Shown: one piece after another, positions 39,317-49,145 of the stretch
How the letters are laid out: each line of letters starts with the position of its first letter
Position numbering within the stretch: position 1 is the stretch's first letter
NCBI GenBank assembly: GCA_002702895.1
Contig: PACX01000022.1
Coordinates: forward strand, 22,188-86,187
Reading direction: 5' to 3'
Length of the DNA stretch: 64,000 bases
DNA from: Flavobacteriaceae bacterium
Lineage (GTDB): Bacteria > Bacteroidota > Bacteroidia > Flavobacteriales > Flavobacteriaceae
Made by a program: the position numbers and the translations under genes
The notes under the pieces: model-generated
The model's database searches: none
What the model saw: the letters and a program-made list of their open reading frames with translations, nothing else
What the model was told of the DNA's origin: nothing

Positions 39317-39613
39317 ATGTCAAAATTTGGAGAGTTAATAGGTTTAGAAGTTCCAATTTTGCTGGATTTTTATACTGATGACAATGATTCCTCATCTGCT
39401 ATGCATCCTGTTTTAAGAGATGTTGCAGCGGCCATTGGTGATAAAGGAAAAGTAATAAAAATTAATGTAGATAAGAATAGTGAATTAGCAGAAGCTCTTA
39501 GAGTTAAACTATTACCTACTTTAATGATTTACAAGGGGGGAGAAATGGTATGGAGGCAAAGTGGAGAACAAGACGCCAATACTCTAATTAATTTAATTAA
39601 GGATTTTATTTAA
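39317..39613 (+). CDS. Thioredoxin-fold protein lacking the CxxC active site
   Basis: 98 aa that aligns along its length with TrxA (LLDFY.., LPTLMIYKGGE with the cis-Pro retained). DNDSS sits where WCGPC is expected. Confidence 0.7.
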   Translation: MSKFGELIGLEVPILLDFYTDDNDSSSAMHPVLRDVAAAIGDKGKVIKINVDKNSELAEALRVKLLPTLMIYKGGEMVWRQSGEQDANTLINLIKDFI

Positions 39614-42600
39614 TTTGTTAACTTTTCCTTAATTTTCATAAATGATTCAATCTCAGATTTAATAAATAATTTATCAACTTCATATTTTTTAAGAACATTT
39701 AAAATCCTAGTAAAGTCAAATAGATTATTAGCAATATTTTCCACATATTCAGATTTGTTTTCTTGGGGCATTTCAGCAAAAAGATTTAATCTGTCTTTTA
39801 GCTCATTAGAGATATTGACATATATATCTTTTGATAAATTTGAGTTTGCAGATTTATACAAATGCTCTACAAAAGGAATTAATAAAGTAAAGTATTCATA
39901 ATCACCATAAATTTCTTTAACAAAATTAGTGCTAGATATAAAATTTTCTATTGCTTTACCAATAAAATTAATATTGTTTGTAATTAAAACAGATTCAACT
40001 AAAGTCCGATACCTTTCTGTATCAGTTATTATGTTTTCAGTATAGCTATAAATAGAAAATTTAGAAGTTTTAGATTTAGATAATTTAGAATAGTAATTTA
40101 AATTTTGTTTATATTTTTCAGAAAGCTTATCAAAAAGATTATCCCCCTTTTCATATTTACTTAATTTATAGTAGGTTGAAACATAAGGTTCTAAAATACT
40201 ATAAAATCCAAAATACTTGACAGGCATTTTTTCCAATGATAAATCTAAAATTTCCTCAGCTTTTACTTTTTCATTATCCTTAATTAGTTGCAGAGCTAAT
40301 CTATGAAGGTTTCCTCTGAATGAAATACTATTTTTTCTTGTTTCTGGATCATGATAAATTTTTTCACTATTGGAATTACCCCATTCCCATCCTTTAACAA
40401 TTTTATACATTAAATCAGAATCTATTCTTCCCAGTTCATATGGATTTTGTTTATTAATGGGAGTTTTAATTGGAACTAGTTTGTAAACTAATCCATCAAG
40501 TTGTAAGTAATCTTTCATCCACATGTATTCAGAATCGTTATAACTCCCACCAGTAAAATATATTGGTCTTTTCCAATCATTATTAGCCAAAATATCTAAC
40601 ATTAAAAGTTGATTTTTATATAATCCGCTTGTAGGTAGGTTTATGTCAATATAATCCACTATTAATTGAGAATCTTTTTCATCAACTAATCCACTATTTA
40701 TTACATTTTTTTTATTTACAGGGACTCTTATTTTATTTGTTGGATAAAAAATCATGTTTTGAGTGAATCTTGGAACATTATTTAAATCAGCTCCATATTG
40801 TTTTAGAAGGTCGCTATATTTTGTTCTAGGATGGTCGCTTCCTATCCAGTTCATGAAATCTTTTATATTCCATCTCACAGAATCAATAATAGATTCATGT
40901 TTAACATAATCTCTTACACCATACGCATATTGCTTATGAACTAATTGAGAAGGAATTGGAGAACTATTATAAGTTCTTTTTTTCATTTGATCTATATACC
41001 AATCTGTCGCAATTAAACTAGTATTAATTGTTCTAACATCTGTTCTATAGTTTTCTATTTCTTGAGCATACCATAAAGCAAACGTATCGTTATCTCCTAT
41101 TGTAAAAATCATAGAATCTACACCTTCATCAATTGAATCTAAATAAGATTTGGCTAAAGATTGGGCAGTATATCTGTCAGACCTATCATGATCATCCCAA
41201 TTTTCAAATGCCATTAAAAAAGGAACCAGCATTAATAATAAAGTAGTAATAGGAATGGAAAATTTATTTTTAATTAAAGACTTTATTTTAAGTTGAATAG
41301 ACATTGAACTTAAACCAATGAAAATACAAAATACATAAAAAGAACCAACAAGAGCATAGTCACGTTCTCTTGGCTCAAAAACTCTTTCATTTACATACAC
41401 TTTTAATGCTAAACCAGTAAAAAGAAATAATAAAGTAACAATCCAAAAGAGATTTTTACTTTTATTAAAAAGAAATAAAAGCCCAATAATTCCTAATATT
41501 AGAGGCAGTAAATAATATTTGTTTCTTCCTTTATTATTCAAAACATCTTCAGAAAGATTTGTTTGGGGGCCAAGTCTTAATTTATCTATAAAATTTATCC
41601 CACTAATCCAGTTGCCATTTAAAAGATCATATTTCCATTGTTTATCATTTTGTTTTCCTGAAAAATTCCACATAAAATATCTCCAATACATTGAACCCAT
41701 TTGATATTGAAAAAGGTATTTTATATTGGACAATAAAGTTGGTTTAGAAATATTAAAGTATCCTCCGTACTGAGTTAAAAACTTGTGATATCCTTCTGAA
41801 TCAATATCTCCTTTATTTAAGCTTGATTTAAATTCATTTACGAGTTGAACTAAACTTTCTTCAGATTTATATTCAGGTTTTATTGTAAATGGAAGATATC
41901 CAAAATATTTCATGTAATTAGATGCATGATCTGAGCTCCACATTCTTGGAAGAAGTCCTATATGATTACTATTAGAATTTATTTTTCCATCTTCCCAATC
42001 ATTTACAATTATATATTTATTTAATTTGAGATCTTTCTCATATTTAGGCTTATCATCTTTGTAGGGCTCTTCAGAATCTTGTCCAGCATATGCATCTGAG
42101 TACATTGGGCCGTAAAAAATGTGTGTATCAGGATATTGTTCTAAATTATAATAAGCAAGTAATGCCCTAGCATCTGAGGGATCATTTTCATTTATAACAG
42201 TATTAGCATTAGATCTTATTGGGATCATTAGCCAAGAAGAAAAACCAATAAACACAAACATTATACAAAGCAAAAAAGTGTTTGTATTAACCCATTTCTT
42301 TTCTCTTGTAGTTTTAATCCCTAAATAAAAAAAGAATATGATTAATAATCCTGAAAAAATAGTTCCGGAATTAAAAGGCAGTCTTAAAGTATTTACAAAA
42401 AAGACTTCCAAGTTTCCAAAAAGACCTAAAGTGGAGGGTAATAATAATTTAAAAATAAATAATAAAATGGCAATTGAAATAATATTAGCAGCTAAAAAGC
42501 TTTTAAATGATGGTGAAGGATTTTTTTTAAAGAAATATATCATCCCAATAGCTGGGATTGCTAGTAAACCCATAAAATGTACTCCAAATGATAAACCCAC

Positions 42601-43185
42601 AACAAAGGATATTAAAATAAGCCATTTATCTCCATCTTCTTTATCCATATTTTCTTCCCATTTAAATCCAAGCCAAAAAAGTAATGCCATGATCATTGTA
42701 GCCATAGCATAAACCTCAGCTTCAACAGCATTAAACCAAAAACTATCAGAAAATGTAAAACATAGAGAACCTAGTAATGATGAACCAAGAATTAAAAATG
42801 CATTGGAATTAGTAATATTAGAATTTCTAATTAGAATTTTTTTTCCAATAATAGTTATAGTTAGAAATAAAAAAAGAATAGTAAAAGCGCTTGCAAAAAC
42901 AGACATCATATTAACCGTAAATGCTATTTTATCTAAATCAGTAGAAAAAGATGAAAAAAATGCTCCCAACATTTGAAATAATGGAGCTCCAGGAGGATGG
43001 CCAATTTGAAGTTTTGCAGATGTAGAAATATATTCTGCACAATCCCAATAACTCGCAGTTGGCTCTACTGTTAGAGAATATGTTATTAAGGCTATTAAAA
43101 ATGCAATGGCAGCAATGATTTTATTCCATTTCTCAAACTTATTTAGAGTCATGTTATATTTATTTTGGAAAACGAATTTAAACAA
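39610..43185 (-). CDS. DUF2723-domain giant polytopic membrane protein (glycosyltransferase-C-like)
   Basis: 1191 aa. The N-terminal ~650 aa are multi-TM and begin EPTASYWDCAEYISTSAKLQIGHPPGAPL, which I recognise as DUF2723/TMEM260-like. Large soluble C-terminal region. Confidence 0.65.
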   Translation of the reverse strand: MFKFVFQNKYNMTLNKFEKWNKIIAAIAFLIALITYSLTVEPTASYWDCAEYISTSAKLQIGHPPGAPLFQMLGAFFSSFSTDLDKIAFTVNMMSVFASAFTILFLFLTITIIGKKILIRNSNITNSNAFLILGSSLLGSLCFTFSDSFWFNAVEAEVYAMATMIMALLFWLGFKWEENMDKEDGDKWLILISFVVGLSFGVHFMGLLAIPAIGMIYFFKKNPSPSFKSFLAANIISIAILLFIFKLLLPSTLGLFGNLEVFFVNTLRLPFNSGTIFSGLLIIFFFYLGIKTTREKKWVNTNTFLLCIMFVFIGFSSWLMIPIRSNANTVINENDPSDARALLAYYNLEQYPDTHIFYGPMYSDAYAGQDSEEPYKDDKPKYEKDLKLNKYIIVNDWEDGKINSNSNHIGLLPRMWSSDHASNYMKYFGYLPFTIKPEYKSEESLVQLVNEFKSSLNKGDIDSEGYHKFLTQYGGYFNISKPTLLSNIKYLFQYQMGSMYWRYFMWNFSGKQNDKQWKYDLLNGNWISGINFIDKLRLGPQTNLSEDVLNNKGRNKYYLLPLILGIIGLLFLFNKSKNLFWIVTLLFLFTGLALKVYVNERVFEPRERDYALVGSFYVFCIFIGLSSMSIQLKIKSLIKNKFSIPITTLLLMLVPFLMAFENWDDHDRSDRYTAQSLAKSYLDSIDEGVDSMIFTIGDNDTFALWYAQEIENYRTDVRTINTSLIATDWYIDQMKKRTYNSSPIPSQLVHKQYAYGVRDYVKHESIIDSVRWNIKDFMNWIGSDHPRTKYSDLLKQYGADLNNVPRFTQNMIFYPTNKIRVPVNKKNVINSGLVDEKDSQLIVDYIDINLPTSGLYKNQLLMLDILANNDWKRPIYFTGGSYNDSEYMWMKDYLQLDGLVYKLVPIKTPINKQNPYELGRIDSDLMYKIVKGWEWGNSNSEKIYHDPETRKNSISFRGNLHRLALQLIKDNEKVKAEEILDLSLEKMPVKYFGFYSILEPYVSTYYKLSKYEKGDNLFDKLSEKYKQNLNYYSKLSKSKTSKFSIYSYTENIITDTERYRTLVESVLITNNINFIGKAIENFISSTNFVKEIYGDYEYFTLLIPFVEHLYKSANSNLSKDIYVNISNELKDRLNLFAEMPQENKSEYVENIANNLFDFTRILNVLKKYEVDKLFIKSEIESFMKIKEKLTN

Positions 43186-43230
43186 TATTAATTATTTAAT
43201 TTTTAAGATAATTTTTTAAATATAATTAAT

Positions 43231-43260
43231 TTGTTCAGCAAAAACTTTATGTTAAATTTG
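43231..43260 (+). promoter_or_regulatory. Putative tRNA-Gln promoter
   Basis: TTG (43231-43233), 19 nt of spacer, then TAAATTTG (43253-43260). The tRNA 5' end lies 14 nt downstream. Confidence 0.45.
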
Positions 43261-43273
43261 CCGAGCATTATAT

Positions 43274-43346
43274 TGGCCTATGGTGTAACTGGTAACACGT
43301 CTGGTTTTGGTCCAGAAGAGTCTAGGTTCGAGCCCTAGTAGGCCAA
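43274..43346 (+). tRNA. tRNA-Gln (anticodon UUG)
   Basis: Hand-folded cloverleaf. Acceptor TGGCCTA/TAGGCCA, D arm GTGT-AACTGGTA-ACAC, anticodon arm TCTGG-TTTTGGT-CCAGA (anticodon TTG), variable AGAGT, T arm CTAGG-TTCGAGC-CCTAG, discriminator A. CCA is not encoded. Confidence 0.9.
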
Positions 43347-43417
43347 CTACTTAATTCTAATGAATGTTATAATTTATATTAGAATTTTGTATATTCGCAC
43401 AGCATTATTGAAAAATT

Positions 43418-43446
43418 GAAGGGGGACATTGTCCCCTTCTTTATTA
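43418..43446 (+). terminator. Intrinsic terminator / possible nusA leader attenuator
   Basis: GAAGGGG(G)-ACATT(G)-(U)CCCCTTC hairpin (7 G/C-rich bp plus a G-U pair) followed by TTTATT. It lies 72 nt after the tRNA-Gln 3' end and 25 nt before the nusA ATG. Confidence 0.6.
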
Positions 43447-43470
43447 AATGGAATTTAATTATTATAAAAA

Positions 43471-44703
43471 ATGGAAAATTTAGCCTTAATCGAATCGTTT
43501 TCAGAATTTAAAGATGAAAAGTTTATTGATAGAGTTACTCTTATGTCAATTCTTGAAGAAGTTTTTAGAAATACTTTGAAAAGAAAATATGGAGATGATG
43601 ATAATTTTGATATTATTATAAACCCTGATAAAGGAGATTTGGAAATATGGAGAAATAGAATTGTAGTCGAAGATGATTCAGTAGAGGATGAAAACCAAGA
43701 AATTTCACTTTCTGAAGCAAGAAAAATTGAACCAGACTTTGAGGTTGGAGAAGATGTTTCTGAAGAAGTTAAATTAATTGATTTAGGCAGAAGAACTGTT
43801 TTAGCTTTAAGACAAAACTTAGTTTCAAGAATAAATGAACATGATAATGGAATTATATACAAACAATTTGTTGATTTGATAGGCGAAATATATACTGCAG
43901 AAGTTCATCACGTAAGACATAATGTTGTTATACTATTAGATGATGAAGGAAATGAACTAATTATGCCAAAAGACAGGCAGATTCCCTCAGATTTCTACAG
44001 AAAAGGAGATTCTATTAGGGGAATTATTGAATCCGTTGAGTTAAAAGGCAACAAGCCTTCCATACTAATGTCTAGAACTTCTCCAAAATTTTTAGAGAAG
44101 TTGTTTGAACAGGATATTCCTGAAGTTTTTGACGGATTGATTTCTATCAAGAAAGTAGTTAGAATTCCTGGTGAGAAAGCAAAAGTAGCAGTTGATTCGT
44201 ATGATGACAGAATAGATCCAGTGGGAGCTTGTGTTGGTATGAAAGGTTCTAGAATACATGGTATTGTTAGAGAATTAGGGAATGAAAATATAGATGTTAT
44301 TAATTATACAAATAATATACAATTATTAATTACTAGAGCATTGAGTCCTGCTAAAATTTCCTCTCTTAAAATTAATGAAGAAAACAAATCAGTTGAAGTT
44401 TTTATGGATCCTGAACAAGTATCAAAAGCAATTGGTAGAGGAGGATTTAATATTAGGCTGGCTGGTCAGTTAACGGGATATGAAATTGATGTTTATAGAG
44501 AAGGTGCTGAAGAAGACGTTGAACTAACAGAGTTCTCAGATGAAATAGAGGATTGGGTATTAGAAGAACTCAAGAAAGCGGGATTAGATACTGCTAAAAG
44601 TGTTTTGGAACAAGATGTTGAAGACTTAGTTAAAAGAACAGATTTAGAAGAAGAAACTATACTTGAAATAAGAAAAGTTTTAAGTGCAGAATTCTCAGAA
44701 TAA
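43471..44703 (+). CDS. nusA: Transcription termination/antitermination factor NusA
   Basis: 410 aa with N-terminal domain, S1 and two KH domains ([23 protein letters not shown]). Confidence 0.96.
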   Translation: MENLALIESFSEFKDEKFIDRVTLMSILEEVFRNTLKRKYGDDDNFDIIINPDKGDLEIWRNRIVVEDDSVEDENQEISLSEARKIEPDFEVGEDVSEEVKLIDLGRRTVLALRQNLVSRINEHDNGIIYKQFVDLIGEIYTAEVHHVRHNVVILLDDEGNELIMPKDRQIPSDFYRKGDSIRGIIESVELKGNKPSILMSRTSPKFLEKLFEQDIPEVFDGLISIKKVVRIPGEKAKVAVDSYDDRIDPVGACVGMKGSRIHGIVRELGNENIDVINYTNNIQLLITRALSPAKISSLKINEENKSVEVFMDPEQVSKAIGRGGFNIRLAGQLTGYEIDVYREGAEEDVELTEFSDEIEDWVLEELKKAGLDTAKSVLEQDVEDLVKRTDLEEETILEIRKVLSAEFSE

Positions 44704-44717
44704 GTAATAAAGTTTAT

Positions 44718-47291
44718 ATGAGTGAAGTTAAATTAACGAGGGTAAATAAAGTTTTAAGGGAATTTAATATTTCATTAGATAGGGCAGTCGACTTTCTGGC
44801 ATCTAATGGTCATCAAATAGATGCTAGGCCTAGTACAAAAATTACATCTGATCAATATAATCTATTATTAGAAGAATTTAGTTCAGACAAATCAAGTAAA
44901 GTTGAATCTCATGATTTAAGTGAAGAAAAAAGAAAAGAAAAGGAAGAATTAAGAACTAAACTAGAAAAGGAAAATGAGGAAAAGTTAAAAATAAAAAGAA
45001 CTGTAATTAAAGGAAAAGCACCAATCAATAAACCTGTTCAAATTGGAAAAATTGATTTAGAAAAATTTAACCCTAATGTTTCTAAAGTTGAAAATGATGA
45101 AGACATTTTGATTAATGAAAAATCAAAAGCTGAAAATAAAATTAATGATGCTGAAGAAAATAAAAAAATAGACTCAAAAATTAAAACTCAATATAAAAAA
45201 TTGAGTGGATTAAAAACAGTAGGTGACAAAATAGATTTAGATAAAATTGAGGTTTCAAAACCTGAAAAAATAACTTCAGCTCCCCCCGTTCAAAAAAGGA
45301 AAAGAATTAGAATAAACAAAGATGTTCCAAAAACTAACAAAAAATTTACTAAACAAAATAAAACAAAAAATATTTCTATTGAACCTTCTGATGAAGATGT
45401 TCAAAAACAAATTAGAGAAACTTTAGAAAAACTTCAAGGTAAATCAGTAACATCTAAAGGGGCTAAATACAGGAAAGAAAAAAGAGATTCACATAAGTTA
45501 AAATCAGAAGAAGACTTAGCATTAAATGAAGCTGAAAAACAAATAATTAAAGTTACCGAATTTATTACTGTTGGAGAAGTTGCTACAATGATGGAAATTA
45601 CATCTACTGAAATTATTTCTGCATGTATGACACTAGGAATTATGGTTACAATGAATCAAAGGTTAGACGCAGAAACTTTGACTATTGTTGCTGATGAGTT
45701 TGGTTTTGAAGTCGAATTTGTAACTTCAGACATTGAAGAATCAATTCAAGAAAAAGTTGATTTGCCTGAAAATCTGCTTCCAAGAGCACCAATAGTAACA
45801 GTTATGGGGCATGTAGACCATGGCAAAACTTCATTATTAGATTATATAAGGGAAGAGAATGTTATAGCTGGGGAATCGGGAGGAATTACTCAACATATTG
45901 GAGCATATAACGTAGAGTTAAAAAATGGTCAAAAAATTACTTTTTTAGATACTCCAGGACACGAAGCATTCACAGCTATGAGAGCAAGAGGAACTCAAGT
46001 TACAGATTTAGTTATTATTGTAATTGCAGCAGATGATGATGTAATGCCTCAAACTAAAGAAGCAATTAGTCATGCTCAAGCAGCTGGAGTTCCTATAATT
46101 TTTGCAATAAATAAAATAGACAGGGAAAACTCTAATCCTGATAAAATAAAGGAAAAGCTTTCAAGTATGAATTTACTAGTGGAAGAATGGGGTGGTAAGA
46201 TTCAATCACAAGATCTTTCTGCTCTTAAAGGAACTGGAGTTAATGAACTTCTTGAAAAAGTCCTATTAGAAGCTGAGTTTCTAGAGCTTAAAGCTAATCC
46301 AAATAAGGGAGCAACTGGAACCGTTGTAGAGGCATTTTTAGATAAAGGTAAAGGCTATATATCTACTATTCTAGTTCAGTCAGGAACTTTAAAAATTGGA
46401 GATTATCTTTTGGCTGGACAACATAGTGGGAAAATTAAAGCAATGCAAGATGAAAGAGCAAATCCTATTATTGAAGCTGGCCCCTCAATTCCTGTTTCTG
46501 TTCTTGGTCTTGATGGAGCCCCTCAAGCTGGAGACAAATTTAATGTCTTTGAAAATGAAAAAGAAGCTAAACAAATAGCTGTAAAAAGGACACAGTTGGT
46601 TAGAGAGCAATCTGTTAGAACTCAAAAGCATATAACGTTAGATGAAATTGGGAGAAGAATTGCTCTAGGGGATTTTAAAGAACTGAATATTATTCTTAAA
46701 GGAGATGTTGATGGTTCAGTTGAAGCATTGACTGACTCTTTTCAAAAGCTTTCTACCGAGGAAATACATGTCAATATTATTCATAAAGCAGTTGGAGCGA
46801 TTACAGAATCAGATGTATTATTAGCTTCAGCATCTGATGCAATCATAATAGGATTTAATGTCCGGCCAACTGGTAATGCAAGGCAAATTGCAGATAAGGA
46901 AGAAATAGATATAAGAAATTATTCTATTATTTATGATGCAATAAATGATCTTAAAGATGCTATGGAAGGAATGCTTTCTCCTAAATTCAAAGAAGAAATT
47001 ACAGGTAATGCTGAAATAAGAGAAACTTTTAAAATATCTAAGGTTGGAACAATTGCAGGTTGCATGGTAAAAGATGGGAAAATTTTCAGAAATTCTAGTG
47101 TAAGACTAATTAGAGACGGAGTTGTTTTGATGTCTGGAACTTTAGCTTCTTTAAAAAGGTTTAAAGATGATGTTAAAGAAGTAGCAAAAGGATATGACTG
47201 TGGAATACAAATCAACAATTATAATGATGTTATTATTGGAGACATCATTGAAGCATTTTCTGAAGTTGAAATTAAAAAGAAAATGAAATAA
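44718..47291 (+). CDS. infB: Translation initiation factor IF-2
   Basis: 857 aa. G domain [21 protein letters not shown]. Lys/Glu-rich N-terminal region. Confidence 0.96.
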   Translation: MSEVKLTRVNKVLREFNISLDRAVDFLASNGHQIDARPSTKITSDQYNLLLEEFSSDKSSKVESHDLSEEKRKEKEELRTKLEKENEEKLKIKRTVIKGKAPINKPVQIGKIDLEKFNPNVSKVENDEDILINEKSKAENKINDAEENKKIDSKIKTQYKKLSGLKTVGDKIDLDKIEVSKPEKITSAPPVQKRKRIRINKDVPKTNKKFTKQNKTKNISIEPSDEDVQKQIRETLEKLQGKSVTSKGAKYRKEKRDSHKLKSEEDLALNEAEKQIIKVTEFITVGEVATMMEITSTEIISACMTLGIMVTMNQRLDAETLTIVADEFGFEVEFVTSDIEESIQEKVDLPENLLPRAPIVTVMGHVDHGKTSLLDYIREENVIAGESGGITQHIGAYNVELKNGQKITFLDTPGHEAFTAMRARGTQVTDLVIIVIAADDDVMPQTKEAISHAQAAGVPIIFAINKIDRENSNPDKIKEKLSSMNLLVEEWGGKIQSQDLSALKGTGVNELLEKVLLEAEFLELKANPNKGATGTVVEAFLDKGKGYISTILVQSGTLKIGDYLLAGQHSGKIKAMQDERANPIIEAGPSIPVSVLGLDGAPQAGDKFNVFENEKEAKQIAVKRTQLVREQSVRTQKHITLDEIGRRIALGDFKELNIILKGDVDGSVEALTDSFQKLSTEEIHVNIIHKAVGAITESDVLLASASDAIIIGFNVRPTGNARQIADKEEIDIRNYSIIYDAINDLKDAMEGMLSPKFKEEITGNAEIRETFKISKVGTIAGCMVKDGKIFRNSSVRLIRDGVVLMSGTLASLKRFKDDVKEVAKGYDCGIQINNYNDVIIGDIIEAFSEVEIKKKMK

Positions 47292-47669
47292 TTAATTAGG
47301 TTTTAATATAAAAGCTGATGGGAAAGTTTTTTTTATGATTTGCAGTTTTTTTATAGCCTCCAATTTTGTAACATATTTTCCGATTCTAATTTTGTAGTAA
47401 GGAGTTTCAAAACTAAAAATAACATCTTCAAATTTCTCTTCAGAAATTAATTTATCCATTAATTCAGTCCCTTCATCATATTTCCCATTAAATACTTGAA
47501 TTGTGTATTGACCGGATGTAAATGCCTCAATATTAACTTCTTTTTTAAACTTCATTAATTCAATTAACTTGGGATTTTGAATCAATTTAACATTGCCTTT
47601 TTGACTAAAAGAGTAAGTTAAATTTAAGCATATAAAAAAAATAAAAAGGAATTTATGAGACTTTATCAT
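47292..47669 (-). CDS. SPOR-domain (peptidoglycan-binding) protein
   Basis: 125 aa with a signal peptide and a C-terminal YTIQVF....YYKIRIGKY..LEA motif typical of SPOR domains. It abuts the infB stop with 0 nt between them. Confidence 0.6.
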   Translation of the reverse strand: MIKSHKFLFIFFICLNLTYSFSQKGNVKLIQNPKLIELMKFKKEVNIEAFTSGQYTIQVFNGKYDEGTELMDKLISEEKFEDVIFSFETPYYKIRIGKYVTKLEAIKKLQIIKKTFPSAFILKPN

Positions 47670-47806
47670 GTAGCAAATATAAGTGCTATTTTTTTCAAAA
47701 TCTATTACATTTAAGCTGATGTTTATTTAGAATGATTATAAATTAAAAATTAGATTAAAGCAAGGTTTATAAAAAGGTTTTTGTGTTGTATTTTTGACCC
47801 CAAAAT

Positions 47807-49129
47807 TTGAAACATTTTTTTCAATTGTTAGTGAAAGAAAATAGTACATTTTTGAAAAGTTTCTCTAACCTCTTTTCTAAGACTCGGTTGATGACAATTT
47901 TCGCTTGTATTTTAGTTCTTTTCTCTTTTAATATTTCTGCTCAAGAACCTGATATTGCTAAAGGTAAATCTTTATTTAATGCTAATTGTGCATCTTGTCA
48001 CAAGCTTAATAAAAAATTAATTGGCCCAGCTATAAGAGGGGTTTCTTCAAAATACGAAAAAGACTGGTTATATTCTTGGATTAAAAATAGCGCCGCAATG
48101 ATTAAGTCAGGTGATGAACAAGCCGTTGCTATTTACGAAGAATATAATAAAGTTGCTATGAATGCATTTCCTCAACTTTCAAATGAGGACATTGATAATA
48201 TTTTAGCTTATTCGGATTATATTCCCCCCAAGCCTGTAGCAGCTACAATTAGTTCTGTTTCTGAATCAACTTCTTCTAGCTCAACCAATGATATTATTTT
48301 AGTTCTTCTATCTTTTGTTTTAATTATTCTTACAATTCTTTTATTTATTATTAATAAAACATTAAAAAATCTTGTTTTACAAAATGGTTTAGTGGCTGAT
48401 GAAAAAAAGAATAAAAAAGCCATGCCTATTGTAAAAGCTTTTCTTCAAAATCAATTTTTAGTTATAATTTCAGTAATATTTTTGTTATTATCTAGTGCGT
48501 ATTTTTCATTTCAATATATGCTCCAAATTGGAGTAGATCAAGGTTATATGCCAATTCAGCCTATACATTATTCGCACAAGATTCATGCTGGGGATAACCA
48601 GATTGAGTGTCAATATTGTCATTCTTCTGCAAAGAAATCGAAACATTCTGGAATACCTTCATTAAATGTATGTATGAATTGTCATGAAAACATTGCTGAA
48701 TATAATGGAGAAGAAGATTTAGAAAAAGGTTATACTAAAGATTTTTACACTAATGAAATTAAAAAACTTTACAAAGCTGTAGGTTGGGATGAAAATTCTC
48801 AAACATATACAGGAGATACAGAACCAGTAAAGTGGGTTAGGATTCATAATCTTCCTGATTTTGTATATTTCAGTCATGCCCAACATGTAGCTGTAGCAGG
48901 TGTTGATTGTCAAAAATGTCATGGACCTGTTGAGGAAATGGAAGTTTTATATCAGCACTCTCCACTGACAATGGGGTGGTGCATAAATTGTCACAGAGAA
49001 ACTAATGTTAAGGTGAAAGACAATGAATATTATACTAAAATTCATGAAGAATTATCCAAAAAGTATGGTGTTGAAGAACTCACTGTTGCTCAAATGGGAG
49101 GATTAGAATGTGGAAAATGTCATTATTAA
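47807..49129 (+). CDS. actA: Alternative complex III subunit ActA: N-terminal monohaem class-I cytochrome c fused to a pentahaem domain
   Basis: Six CxxCH motifs: CASCH, CQYCH, CMNCH, CQKCH, CINCH, CGKCH. Has a signal/TM segment and a second TM. The start is uncertain (track TTG 47807, in-frame GTG 47831, ATG 47891). Confidence 0.85.
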   Translation: MKHFFQLLVKENSTFLKSFSNLFSKTRLMTIFACILVLFSFNISAQEPDIAKGKSLFNANCASCHKLNKKLIGPAIRGVSSKYEKDWLYSWIKNSAAMIKSGDEQAVAIYEEYNKVAMNAFPQLSNEDIDNILAYSDYIPPKPVAATISSVSESTSSSSTNDIILVLLSFVLIILTILLFIINKTLKNLVLQNGLVADEKKNKKAMPIVKAFLQNQFLVIISVIFLLLSSAYFSFQYMLQIGVDQGYMPIQPIHYSHKIHAGDNQIECQYCHSSAKKSKHSGIPSLNVCMNCHENIAEYNGEEDLEKGYTKDFYTNEIKKLYKAVGWDENSQTYTGDTEPVKWVRIHNLPDFVYFSHAQHVAVAGVDCQKCHGPVEEMEVLYQHSPLTMGWCINCHRETNVKVKDNEYYTKIHEELSKKYGVEELTVAQMGGLECGKCHY

Positions 49130-49145
49130 AAAATATATTTAATTG

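Noticed and set aside
43353-43386. 9-bp inverted repeat AATTCTAAT-N16-ATTAGAATT immediately 3' of tRNA-Gln, considered as an att site or island boundary.
   Set aside because: It is a pure A/T-rich 9-mer in ~70% A+T DNA. There is no adjacent integrase, and I saw no direct repeat of the tRNA 3' end on reading (an exhaustive search is not possible without tools).
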